From: Squalus acanthias
Lineage: Eukaryota
Direction: 5' to 3'
DNA length: 64,000 nucleotides
Assembly: GCA_030390025.1 (NCBI GenBank)
Contig: CM059432.1
Coordinates: 50,408,001-50,472,000 of the forward strand
Below, piece after piece: positions 1-11,368 of this stretch (position 1 is its first letter; each line of letters starts with the position of its first letter). The position numbers were made by a program, and so were the translations under genes. The notes below the pieces were generated by a model, which did no database searches, was not told where the DNA came from, and worked only from the letters and a program-made list of their open reading frames with translations.

Positions 1-2560
1 CTCAATCAGGTCCCCCCCCTCAGCCTTCTCTGCTCTAAGGAAAACAACCCCAGCCTGTCCAGTCTCTCTTCATAGCTGAAGCCCTCCAGCCCAGGTAACA
101 TCCTGGTAAATCTCCTCTGCACCCTCTCCAATGCAATCACATCCTTCCTATAGTGTGGCGACCAGAACTGCACACAGTATTCCAGCTGTGGCCTAACCTG
201 CGTTTTGTACAGCTTCATCATAACCTCCCTGCTCTTACATTCTATGCCTCGGCTAATGAAGGCAAGTATCCCATATGCCATTTTAACCACCTTATCTATC
301 TGACCTGCTGCCTTCAGGGATCTATGTACATGCACACCAAGGTCCCTCTGATCCTCTGTCCTTCCTCGGGTCCTACCATTCATTGTGTCTTCCCTTGCCT
401 TGTTAGTCCTCCCAAAATGCATCACCTCACACTTTTCAGGGTTAAATTCCATTTGCCACTGTTCTGCCCATCTAACCAACCCGTCTATATCGTCCTGTAG
501 CCTGAGGCTTCCCTCCTCGCTATTTACCACTCCACCAATTTTCGTGTCATCTGCGAACTTACTGATCATACCTCCTACATTCATATCTAAATCATTACAC
601 TACAAACAGCAAAGGACCCAGCACCGATCCCTGCGGTACACCACTGGACACAGGCTTCCAGTCACAAAAACAACCTTCGACCATCACCGTCTGCCTCCTG
701 CCACTAAGCCAATTTTGGATCCAATGTGCCAAATTGCCCTGGATCCCATGGGCTCTTACCTTCTTGACCAGTCTCCCATGTGGGACTTTGTCAAAAGCCT
801 TACTGAAGTCCATGTAGACTACATCAACTGCACTACCCTCATCCACACACCTAGTCACCCCCTCGCAAAATTCAATCAAATTGGTTAGACATGATCTCCC
901 CCTGACAAAGCCATGCTGACTATTCTTGATTAATCCTTGCCTCTCCAAGTGGAGACTAATTCTGTCCCTCAGAATTTTTTCCAATAATTTCCCTACCACT
1001 GATGTTTGGCTCACTGGCCTGTAATTCCCTGGTTTATCCCTACTACCCTTCTTGAATAATGGTACTATGTTAGCTGTTCTCCCCTGTGGCCAGAGAGGTT
1101 CTGAAAGTTTGTGTCAGAGCCCCTGCAATCTCCTCCCTTGCCTCACACAGCAGCCTGGGATACATCTCATCTGGGCCTGGGGATTTATTCACTTTTAAGC
1201 CCGTTAAAACCGCCAGTACCTCCTCCCTCTCAATACTAATTTGTTCAAGTATATCACAATCCCCCTGCCTGATTTCTATGCCTACATCGTCCTTCTCCAT
1301 AGTGAACACAGATGCAAAATATTCATTTAAAACCTCACCTACATCTTCCGGCTCATCACACAGATTGCCACTTTGGTCCGTAATGGGCCCTACTCTTTCC
1401 CTGGTTATCCTCTTGCTCTTAATATACTTATAAAACACCTTGGGATTTTCCTTTATTTTGCCTGCCAGTGTTTTTTCATGCCCCCTCTTCACTCTCCTAA
1501 TTTCTTTTTTAAGTACCCCCTTGCACTTTCTATACTCCTCTAGGGCTTCCACTGTTTTTAGTCCTTTGTATCTGCCAAAAGCCTCCCTTTTTTTCCTAAT
1601 CCATTCTTGTATATCCCTTGATATCCAGGGTTCCCTGTTCTTGTTGGTCCCCCCCTTGACCTGTACGGGAACATGTTGGCATTGTACTCTCTCTATTTCC
1701 TTTCTGAAAGACTCCCACTGCTCTGATGTGGATTTTCCTACAAAAAGCTGGTCCCAGTCCACTTTGGCCAGATCCTGCCTTATCATATTAAAATCACCCT
1801 TCCCCCAATTTAGAACCTTTATTTCCGATCCATCTTTGTCCTTTTCCATGACTACCTTAAATCTCACCAAATGATGGTCACTGTCACCAAAATGCTCTCC
1901 TACTGACACTTCTACTACTTGCCCGGCTACATTCCCTAGAATTAGGTCCAGCACCGCCCCCTCTCTTGTAGGACTTTCTACATGCTGGCTGAAAAAGCTC
2001 TCCTGGATGCACTTTAAGAATTCCGCACCCTCTAAGCCTTTCACACTCTGACTATCCCAGTTAATATTGGGGAAGTTGAAATCCCCTACTATTATTACCC
2101 TATTATTTCTACACTTCTCTGAGATTTGCCTACATATCTGTTCCTCTATCTCCCCCTGACTGTTTGGGGGCCTATAGTACACTCCCAGCAAAGTGCTTGC
2201 CCCCTTTTTGTTTTTAAGTTCTACCCATATGGCCTCATTAGAGGAACCTGCTAAGATATCATCCCTCCTTACAGCAGTAATTGACTCCTTGATTAATATT
2301 GCGATATCCCTCCTCTTTTACACCCCCCTCTGTCTCGCCTGAAGATTCTATATCCCGGAATATTGAGCTGCCAGTCCTGCCCCTCCCTCAACCATGTCTC
2401 TGTGATAGCAACAATATCATACTCCCATGTGTTCATCAACACCTTCAATTCATCTGCCTTACTCACAAGACTCCTTGCATTAAAATAAATGCCATCCAGC
2501 CTTGCCATACTCCCTTGTGCTGTTACATATTTGCTCTGCCTTCCAGGCTGACTTGTTTTT
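1..2560 (-). mobile_element. CR1 LINE ORF2 (APE endonuclease + RT), frameshifted; runs off the window start
   Basis: Consecutive minus-strand ORFs carry YFNARSL/AITETWL/GDFNFP/SDH (APE) and YMDFSKAFD, GVPQGSVLGP, KFADDTK (RT). Near-identical to the copy at 44917-46244. Confidence 0.95.
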
Positions 2561-2579
2561 TCCTCTGTATTTGGCTGTG

Positions 2580-3418
2580 CATCACCCCCTTGGCCAGCAA
2601 GAGAAAGGAAAGTGTGTGAGTGAGTGTGGTGCAATGTGTTTGGGTGATGTGCCTGCCATAGTTGAACAGCTGTCATTGTGTGCAAGGTGTGAGATGTGAG
2701 TTTGAGTGTTGCTCGGTAGAGATTGTTGGTGGGTGAGTACTGGGGGTGTAGTACATTGAGCAGTGTGTGAAGCTTGTGGTACAGATGGTGGTATGTAGCA
2801 TTTGTTGAAGCCTTCACTCAACTGACCACACTTGTGAGCTCGTTAAACTTCTTCCTGCACTGGGTGTGGGTCTTGGGGACCACAGCGCTGTCCGACACGT
2901 GTTGTACCACTTCCCTCCACATAGTCCGGTAGACTTGTGGCAAGGGCCTTCTGCCAGTTGTCAGGTACAGGACCACCCGCTTTCTTTTAACCATGAGAAC
3001 CAAAGCCTCCAAAGATTAATCGGAGAACCTCCGGGCTCTCTCCCTGGGGCGACAATCTGCCATCAGGATTTGTTAGTAACTGATCCTTCTCCTTCTGCTT
3101 CTTCTTAGGATTGTTGGCAGCTGCACACCCAACAATGTTGAGAATGAGGTGCTGTAGCATCAATGAACCTCCCCTTGAGGTAGTGAAAAAAGTCTGTGGC
3201 AAACATGATTTGCAAGTCGACTGCCCCCTGATATTGGTCCAGCTTTTCAGTGTAACGCCAATGAGCTTGGGTTTTTAAGACTAGAATCGTGGCTACAATC
3301 ATTTAATGAGGACTGAGCATGAAGTTTGCGTGCATTCTAGATGATTTTCAGGTGGTGCTACTTAACCATTTTTAGTCTAAACACTGCCCATTGCTTGGCT
3401 ATAATGAATTTCTAGCCC
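2580..3418 (-). mobile_element. Harbinger-derived fragment with Myb/SANT-like exon and one TIR
   Basis: ORF 2818-3012 (..WREVVQHVS..TQCRKKFNEL) resembles the Myb exon of the 17.6-kb Harbinger. End GAATTTCTAGCCC (reverse complement GGGCTAGAAATTC) at ~3406-3418. Confidence 0.75.
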
Positions 3419-3824
3419 AATATTGCTACAATTATATAGGGCATTGGTGAGACCACACCTGGAGAACTGTGCACAGTTTTGGTCTCCTTACCTAAGGAAG
3501 GATATACTTGCCTTAGAAGGGGTGCAACAAAGGTTCACCAGACTGATTCCTAGGATGGGGGTGGATTGGCCAAGAGGAGAGATTGAGTTGACTAGGCCCT
3601 AGAATTTAGAAGAATGAGAGGTGATCTTATTGAAATATATAAAATTCTTACAGGGCTTGGCAGGGTAGATGCTGGGAGGATGTTTCCCCTGGCTGGGGAG
3701 TCTAGAACTAGGGGTCACAGTCGCAGAATAAGGGGTTTAGAACTAAGATGAGGAGAAGTTTCTTCACTCAAAGGGTTGTGAATCTTTGGAATTCTGTGGA
3801 TGCTCAGTTGTTGAGTATATTCAA

Positions 3825-3918
3825 AAATGAGAAGTCGCACAACACCAGGTTATAGTCCAACAGTTTTATTTGAAATCACGAGCTTTCGGAGCGCTGCTCC
3901 TTCGTCAGGTAAAGTATA
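3825..3918 (-). mobile_element. Penelope family B 3'-terminal mini-insertion (94 bp)
   Basis: Matches the PLE 3' end at 60040-60128. 14-bp TSD TTGAGTATATTCAA at 3811-3824 and 3919-3932. Confidence 0.9.
3876..3912 (-). ncRNA. Minimal type-I hammerhead ribozyme motif (PLE family B)
   Basis: UUAC-CUGACGA-A-GGAGC-AGC-GCUCC-GAAA-GC-UC-GUGA. Predicted cleavage between 3880 and 3879. Confidence 0.8.
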
Positions 3919-4261
3919 TTGAGTATATTCAAGACAGAGATCGATAGATTTTTGAATATTAAGGGAATCAAGGGATATGGGGATAGTGCAGGAAAGTGGA
4001 GTTGAGGTAGAAGATCAGCCATGATCTTATTGAATGGTGGAGCAGACTCGAAGAGTCAAATGGCCGACTCCTGCTCCTATTTCTTATGTGCTTATATTAC
4101 CAGTCTCCCACTGAAGCTATGGCAGGAGACTGGTAGAACCACTTACTGAAACTGAAACATTCAAAAACAACCATAAGTAATGTAAGGAACAGGGAAAAAA
4201 AACATTTAATCCATTCCCCTTGTTTCCATTTTGTAGTAGTGTTCTTTTGAATCACAAACTG

Positions 4262-4360
4262 TGTCGGGTTGGCTCAATAGTGGAACTCTTACCTTGGGAG
4301 TTAGAAAGTTGTAGGTTTGAAGCCCACTCCAGGACTTCAGCACATAATGTAGCCTAACGC
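4262..4360 (+). mobile_element. Deu-type SINE tRNA-like head fragment
   Basis: TTGGCTCAATAGTGG...GGTTTGAAGCCCACTCCAG, homologous to the SINE heads at 51120 and 52788. Confidence 0.6.
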
Positions 4361-4369
4361 ATTGCCATA

Positions 4370-4905
4370 GAGGCGATCGTGATGTTAAGGCACCGGCCTC
4401 ATTCGAATTTAACAGGCGAGCTACAGCTGCCAAATGGGTGCTGCTCGCCACTCATCAGCCTCAGGTATGTTTCCAGCTGTGGCACCATCGGAGGCCTGCA
4501 GGTAGGGCCTTGGGGGAGGCAGCAGAAGAGGCCGGGCCGGCAGCTGCCCACAGTACTTTTGTGGAGGCAGGAGGAGCATTCCTGTTCCTTTCAGCCCCAC
4601 GAGAAAATAAATTCTTAAAATTCGTCTGGACGTTTCCTGATCGGAACGTCAGTACATATGGGTGGAGTGTGCTCATTGCAAGCACCGCCCATGTGTCCTA
4701 TAAAATTTCAATCGGGGTCCTAACTACATCATTAGGACCCTGATTTGTTTGTTTCAGGCAGGCGCTTCAGTTGCCCAGCAATAGGCCCCTGTGAAAGTCG
4801 CAGTGGTCCAATTATCGGGGTTAACAGGGCGGTAAGGCTACCGACTTCATTTTTAGGCCCTCACCGCCCTGTTAATGCCAATCTTCCCAACTGAAAATCG
4901 AGCCC
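4370..4905. mobile_element. GC-rich non-autonomous Harbinger-like element (degenerate)
   Basis: Ends in GAAAATCGAGCCC (TIR-like). Internal motifs resemble 39565-40400 and 61140-61723. Left end uncertain. Confidence 0.45.
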
Positions 4906-6559
4906 AAGTATTTGTACGCTAATATTTGAAGAGGCTATTTTCGAAGCACTTTTTGCCTACATTCGCAATCAGACAAAGATGTATCAACTTGTCAAATGAG
5001 CTGTATTCCATTAATGCGACACAGCTTCAATTTTTTTTCAATATTATTTTAAAGTAACAATTTTGAGTGCTATTTCCAGTCTTTGTGAACAAAGTTACCT
5101 ATGAGTCACTGATCTCTTCAGAGAATGCAAAACAGAGTTATTTTAACTGGAAATGTATCCTCTTATTGCAACAGCTATAGAACAGTCCTTCAGGGAAGTG
5201 TACTTGATCCCACTCTGACCTCAGCTTCATCAATGGTATCATCAAAAGGTGTTAGAATATGTATTTGAAATAAGCAGGGTAATGCCTCCATTAAACTAGC
5301 AGCCAAAGGAACTGCAGGCAAACACATTAAGTATCCTTCGGCAAATATTTGAAGAGGTTATTTTCAAGGCAATTTTCACTATTCTGTTTGCTAATATCCT
5401 TCATATAAAGGTAAACTCCCCATCTGAAAGGCAAACAACAACCAAATCACTGCAGGCCGATAGAGAAACTGAATAGTAGATGGGCAAATGAGGGCCAAAA
5501 ATCCACTGCCCTTCCAGCAAACTCCTGCTGTAAGTCCAGCTGGAGCATTGCAGAATGACTGCGAATTAGTTCAGATATATCAGGTCCCCGTCTTAGCGTC
5601 AGTTTCCACCAGGCCTTGTTGGGGTCAGAGACTCCGCCCACCCCAAATAAATACAGCGACGTAAGAAGGGGCATATCCAGGAGGGAACTACCAGGCAAAA
5701 AGTTTTCTAGTCTCATCCCCAGCCTGGCGGAGGAGCAGCCGCCATGTACAGTGGGTGACAGCAGGCATACCGTCTGCTGTCCTTCAGGCTTGTGTCTAAG
5801 CCTGGGATGTCTCAACAAACTTCGCCCATTTTTTCAGCCCCCTTATAAAAAGGGCTGCTCAGCACACTTTGGGCATCTTTACAGGTTGGGCGGACCTCCT
5901 CCCCCAATGCTGCACCCGCCACCACATGCCACAGCCTTTGGTAGCCACCAAAATATGCGGAGAGTCATTGTGCAAGGCTTCAGTGTCCCCATGGCAGCTC
6001 AGTGGGCAGGCTGAGGGACTTGCCTGGAGTAGGACAGACGAGGTTTCTGGCCCACTGGGCGATACCGCATTCACACCAGCCACCTTACTTACTCCTCCCA
6101 CTGGAGTAACATCTAAAAGAAGCAATAGGATAGGATCTAGAAGGCACGCATCTATACTGTCTCTAAGGGGAAGCACTGAAGTTTAAAAAACATTAAAGGC
6201 ATAAACACCGATTATTTCTAGTGAAATAAATTGACTGCACTTTAATTCAACTTTTTCCAGACAGCTCACTTCCAATGGGGCTGAGTATGGTAGCAGCAGA
6301 TGAAATGATGGGCATCCATGTTTGTGGAGGTAGTGCAGAGGCCATGTTGATGATGGTGTACTGAGCTATTGAGCACATGGGCACAGAACTGTTTGTTCAT
6401 TGAGTGGTTGAGCCACTTTTATGAATGTGTCATCATGTCCTGTGTTCCTGGCTGCAACTGGGCTTCAGTTACCATATCTGCAGGCTCAGTCTCAGTGTCC
6501 ACTTTACCACTGGTTGCTATCAGGCCTTCTAGCCCACCTGCTCCATGATAACGCCTCTC

Positions 6560-7010
6560 TATATAGTGAAGTTGTGCAACATGCAACAGACTACTATGAT
6601 CTTTGAGATCTTATGGCTATATTGGAAATGACACCTGAAGTGTCCAATAACATGGCAATGGTATGTTCCACTGTGGTCTTGATAGCCACCTGTGCCTTAA
6701 CTTGCCATTCACCTCTCATTAGTGGCTTTCTTAACAGAGCCGTGAGCCAGAGTGGAAGACCTTGGTCATCTAAAAGTCATTCATACAGTCTTCCTCTTCC
6801 TTCAAATAATGCTAGAACAGTGAGTTGCCATAAAATGAAGTTGTCATGATTGCCACCAGGGTAGCATGATTTTATGAATGTGAACATAGACCGTATTAAT
6901 AAAATAGAACCCCTTTCTGTTTATGAAGACAATGAGATTTATGGCAGGGAATCACAGGTCCAAAGGTTTATTATTTATAATGCTTTGGGGAAATCTGGCA
7001 ACTAGAAAAA
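6560..7010 (-). pseudogene. Highly degraded Harbinger (DDE_Tnp_4) transposase relic
   Basis: Manual translation gives PDFPKA, SCYPGGNHDNFIL, LLDDQGLPLWL, TTVEHTIAML, collinear with [33 protein letters not shown] of the 18-kb transposase. Confidence 0.7.
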
Positions 7011-7079
7011 AGTGCAAATGTTACTGGGTCCAAGAGAATAGTGCTTTGAGCACATTGTAAGGCCTCAGGGCTATTTCTT

Positions 7080-7873
7080 ACCAAAGTATTACAAAGTATT
7101 GACAGCACAGAAACAGGCCATTCAGCCCAACAGGTCTATGCCAGTATTTACGCTCCTCACGAGCCTCCTCCCACACTTCTTCATCTAACCCCATCAACAT
7201 ATCCTTCTATTCTTTTCGCCCTCATGTGTTTATCTAGCTTCCCCTGAAATGCATCCATTCTAGTCGCCTCAACTACTCCTTGTGGTAGTGAGTTCCACAT
7301 TCTAACCACTCTGGGTAAAGAAGTTCCTCCTGAATCCCTATTGGATCTATCAGTGACTATCTTATATTTATGGCCCCTAGTTCTGGTCTCACCTGCAAGT
7401 AGAAACATCTTCTGTACGTCTACCTTATCAAGCCCTTTCATAATCTGAAAGACCTCTAGCAGGTCACCCCTCAGTCTTCTCTTTTCTAGAGAATAAAGCC
7501 CCAGCCTGTTCAATCTTTCCTGATAGGTATAACCTCTCTGTTCTGGTGTCATTCTGATAAATCTTTTTTGTACCTTCCCCTGTGCCTATATATCCTTTTC
7601 ATAATATGGAGACCAGAACTGTTCACAGTACTCAAAGTGTGGTCCAACCAAGGTTCTATACAAGTTTTAACATAACTTCTCTGTTTTTCAATTCTATCCC
7701 TCTAGAAATGAAATGCTTTTTATATGGACTTATTAACCTGCGTCGCTACTTTTAGTGATTTGTGTATCTGTACCCCCAGATCTCTCTGTTCCTCTAACCC
7801 ATTAGAAACTTATTTTCCAAGGAGTATGTGGCCTCCTTATTCCTCCTACCAAAATGTACTGCCTCACACTTAC
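7080..7873 (-). mobile_element. CR1 3' fragment
   Basis: ORF 7181-7552 (ERLNRLGLYSLEKRRLRGDL) plus 3' UTR. Confidence 0.9.
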
Positions 7874-8129
7874 ATAAGAACATAAGAAATAGGAGCAGGT
7901 GTAGGCCATTTGGCCAATCAAGCATGCTTCACCATTCAATAAGATCATGACTGATCTTCTACCTCAACTTCACCTTCCCACACTATCCCCATTTCGCTTG
8001 ATTCTCTTAGTATCCAAAAATCTATCGATCTCTGTCTTGAATATAATCAACAACTAAGCATCCACAGCCCTTTGGAGTAGCAAATCCCAAAGATTTACAC
8101 CTCTTTGAGTGAAGAATTTTTTCCTCATC
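7874..8129 (-). mobile_element. CR1 3' UTR fragment
   Basis: (CATAAGAA)n tail followed by the ATAGGAGCAGG 3' UTR motif. Confidence 0.85.
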
Positions 8130-8130
8130 A

Positions 8131-9533
8131 AAGGTCAGTGCAGATGCCATTGCGGCCTGCCTCCTAACCAACTCAAAGACACGTACCACCGAAAACAAAC
8201 ACAGTGATAAAGTTGCTTAAGCTCTCTGCATAATGCTGCTCTGCACACCACTTTTTTGGCGGCCTTCACCACCAGAAAGGTGGCCGCAGTGCTGACAGCC
8301 ACCAAGTCTGGGAAGGCTGCCGGGATCTATCCACAATTCCTCAAGAACCAGGGTCCAAATGGACCGATGTGGCTTGCCAAACTCGCCTCCAACATCCTTG
8401 ATAATGGGATAATCCGACAAATCTGGCGCCATTCCAAAGCCAGGAAAACCAGCCAACGATTCCAAAAGCAACCACTCCGTCGTCCCTCTGTCTCCGGTCT
8501 ACAAGGTGTTTGAACGGCTCGTCCTTAACCGGATAAAACCGACTTTAGAAGCTGCCCTCGCAAACGAGCAGGCGGGCTTCAGAGAGAGAAGTTGCTCTGG
8601 CACTCACCACCAACATTGAGGCAGGGTTCCAGAAGCAGCTGAAGGCTGGAGCTGCCTTCATAGACTTTTCATCGGCATACAACACTGTCTGGCGCGAAGG
8701 CCTGCTACTGAAGCTTTCAATAATCATGCAATGCCGCAAGACTCTCAGGCTTATCAACACTGTAAGTTCCACATCTATCTTGGTGACAAGACCAGCCGAA
8801 CACGGACGCTCCACAACAGTCTGCCACAGAGGTCACACCAGCCTTTTTCAACATCTATACGGGGGCCATGCCCTGTACCAAATCCCGGAAGTTTGCCTAT
8901 GCCGATGACATAGCACTGCTGCTGCAGGCATCAAAGTTAGAGGAAGCAAGTAGAATGCTCACAAACGCCCCAATCGAGAGAAGACAGTTGTGTCGGCGTT
9001 CCATCTGAACCACAACGCCACTGGGAAAGATCTCAACGTTTCTTTCTGCGGAAGGCGACTTACCCATGAACCCCACACAAAACACCTGGGCATCACCCTG
9101 GACAGCACTCTCACCTATCGGCCTCATCTCACCAACACCAACGCACCAATGCCAAAAAGTAAAAACCAGGGTGAGCCTGCACCAGAAAACTCACTGGAGC
9201 ATCATGGGGGAGCATAGCCAGAACATTTGCACTGCAAAAGTGGCCCTAGTCTACTCTGCTACAGCATACTGATCCTACTCATGTCCTCCAGCCACCACAC
9301 AAAGATCGTGGACGTGCAGCTAAACGCCGCTATGAGGACGGTGTCAGGGACGCTTAAGTCCACTGAATGACTCCCAGTGCTGTCACATATTCGCCCCGAC
9401 GCCACCATGCTCCATGAGCTGGAAAAAATCATGAGCAACATCAACCTTCCCATTCATAAAGACTTGAAAAACTCACCACGAAAGCGCTTAAAATTGCACT
9501 GGCCATTCTGGGAAACAGCAGTCAATGCAGCTG
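8131..9533 (+). mobile_element. Vingi/Ingi-type (I-group) LINE RT fragment, degraded
   Basis: Manual translation: KSGKAAG, YKVFERLVLNRI, EQAGFR, AAFIDFSSAYNTVW, YADDIAL, HLGITLDSTLTYRPHL, DVQLNAAMRTVSG, RKRLK..PFW. Clade assignment from motif style only. Confidence 0.75.
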
Positions 9534-9535
9534 GT

Positions 9536-10856
9536 ATAAGAACATAAGAACATAAGAAATAGGAGCAGGAGTAGGCCATTTGGCCCTTCGAGCCTACTCC
9601 GCCATTCAATAAGATCATGGCTGATCTTCTACCTCATCTCCACTTCCCTGAACTATCCCCATATCCCTTGATTCCCTTAATTTTCAAAAATCTATTGATC
9701 TCTGTCTTGAATATACTCAATGACTAAGCCTCCACAGCCCTCTGGGGTAGAGAATTCCAAAGATTAACCACCCTCTGAGAGAAGAAATTTCTCCTCATCT
9801 CAGTCCTAAATGGCCGACCCCTTATTCTGAGACTGTGACCCCTGGTTCTAAACTCCCCAGCCAGGGGAAACATCCTCCCTGCATCTACCCTGTCAAGCCC
9901 TGTAAGAATTTTGTATGTTTCAATGAGATCACCTCTCATTCTTCTAAACTCTAGAGAATATAGGCCGAGTCTACTCAATCTCTCCTCATAGGACAATTCC
10001 CCCCATCCCAGGAACCAGTCTGGTGAACCTTCGTTGCACTCCCTCTATGGCAAGTATATCCTTCCTTAGGTAAGGAGACCAAAACTGCACACAGTACTTT
10101 AGGTGTGGTCTCACCAAGGCCCTGTATAATTGCAGTAAGACGTCTTTACTTTTATACTGCAATCCTTTTGTAATAAAGGCCAACATACCATTTGCTTTCC
10201 TAATTGCTTGCTGTACCTGCATGTTAACTCTCAGTGATTCTTGTACAAGGACACTCAGGTCCTCCTGAATATCAACATTTCCCAATCTCTCACCATTTAA
10301 AAATACTCTGCTTTTCTATTTTTCCTACCAAAGTGGATAACTTCACATTTCTCCACATTATATTCCATTTGCTGTGTTCTTGCCCACTCACTTAACCTGT
10401 CTATATCCCCTTGAAGCCTCCTTGCATCCTCCTCACAACTTACATTTCCACCCAGCTTTGTATCATCAGCAACCTTGGATATATTACATTTGGTCCACTC
10501 ATCCAAATCATTGATATAGATTGTGAATAGCTGAGGCCCAAGCACTGATCCTTACGGTACCCCACTAATTACAGCCTGCCAACCCGAAAATGACCCATTT
10601 ATCCCTACTCTCTGTTTTCTGTCCATTAGCCAATCCTTAATCCATGCTAATATATTACCCCCAACCCCATGAACCCTAATTTTGTGTAATAACTTATTGT
10701 GTGGCACCTTATCGAATGTTTTTTGAAAATCCAAATACACTACATCCACTAGTTCCCCCCTATCTACCCTGCTAGTTACAACCTCAAAAACTCTAACAGA
10801 TTTGTCAAACACAATTTCCCTTTCATAAATCCGTGTTAACTCTGCCCAATCATATT
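9536..10856 (-). mobile_element. CR1 RT and 3' end
   Basis: ORFs 9724-10545 and YLDFQKTFDKVPH; (CATAAGAA)n tail. Confidence 0.92.
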
Positions 10857-11368
10857 GTCCCTGAATTTGCGGTCGGAGACTTCCCGTGGGGAAATGCCTC
10901 CGATCCGCAAATAAAATGCCTACATACCTGGTGGTCCAGGAGGTACGGAGACTCACGGTCCTGGGCCTTTCCGGGTACCCGTGCGCAAAGACCCACGTAT
11001 CCCAGGGGCGCAGGCGGTTCGCAAGTGCCCCTGGGATCACGAGGGCCGGCCCAACGAATGAAAGAAAGAGATCCCCATTCATACTTATGGGGATTCCATA
11101 TGTATGGAAACCCCATAAGGATGAATGGGAATACCCCAAAAAATACATCGACACATCAAATAAATTTTTTTAAATGCCATTTAATTAAATATTTAAAACA
11201 AAAATTTATTTTTTTGAAAAATAAATGTAAATGTTTTAAAGGGGCTGAAAATAAACATACCTTTTTGTACAGGTTTTTTTTTTACATATAAATGGTTGAT
11301 AATTTATTTTAAACTCTTACGCTGGTAAAAGCAGGCCTTACAATCCAATGATAGAGCAATCTGGGGGC
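10857..11368 (-). mobile_element. Non-autonomous Harbinger-type element (GC-rich end, AT-rich core, internal hairpins)
   Basis: Shares GGTCCTGGGCCT, CCAGGGGCGCAG and CCCCTGGGATCACG with the reverse complement of the 23254 and 34846 elements. Ends are degenerate. Confidence 0.65.

Larger units (their letters stand above)
3420..4095 (+). mobile_element. CR1 3' fragment with 3' UTR, interrupted by a PLE mini-insertion
   Basis: RPHLE/QFWSPYLRKD-type coding remnant and tail GATCAGCCATGATC...CTCCTGCTCCTATTTCTTATG. Confidence 0.9.

Noticed and set aside
1..952. Segmental duplication with 45290-46244
   Set aside because: Similarity is confined to the CR1 body and the flanks differ, indicating independent insertions of one subfamily.
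385..1874. Plus-strand ORFs overlapping CR1
   Set aside because: Antisense shadow frames of CR1 ORF2.
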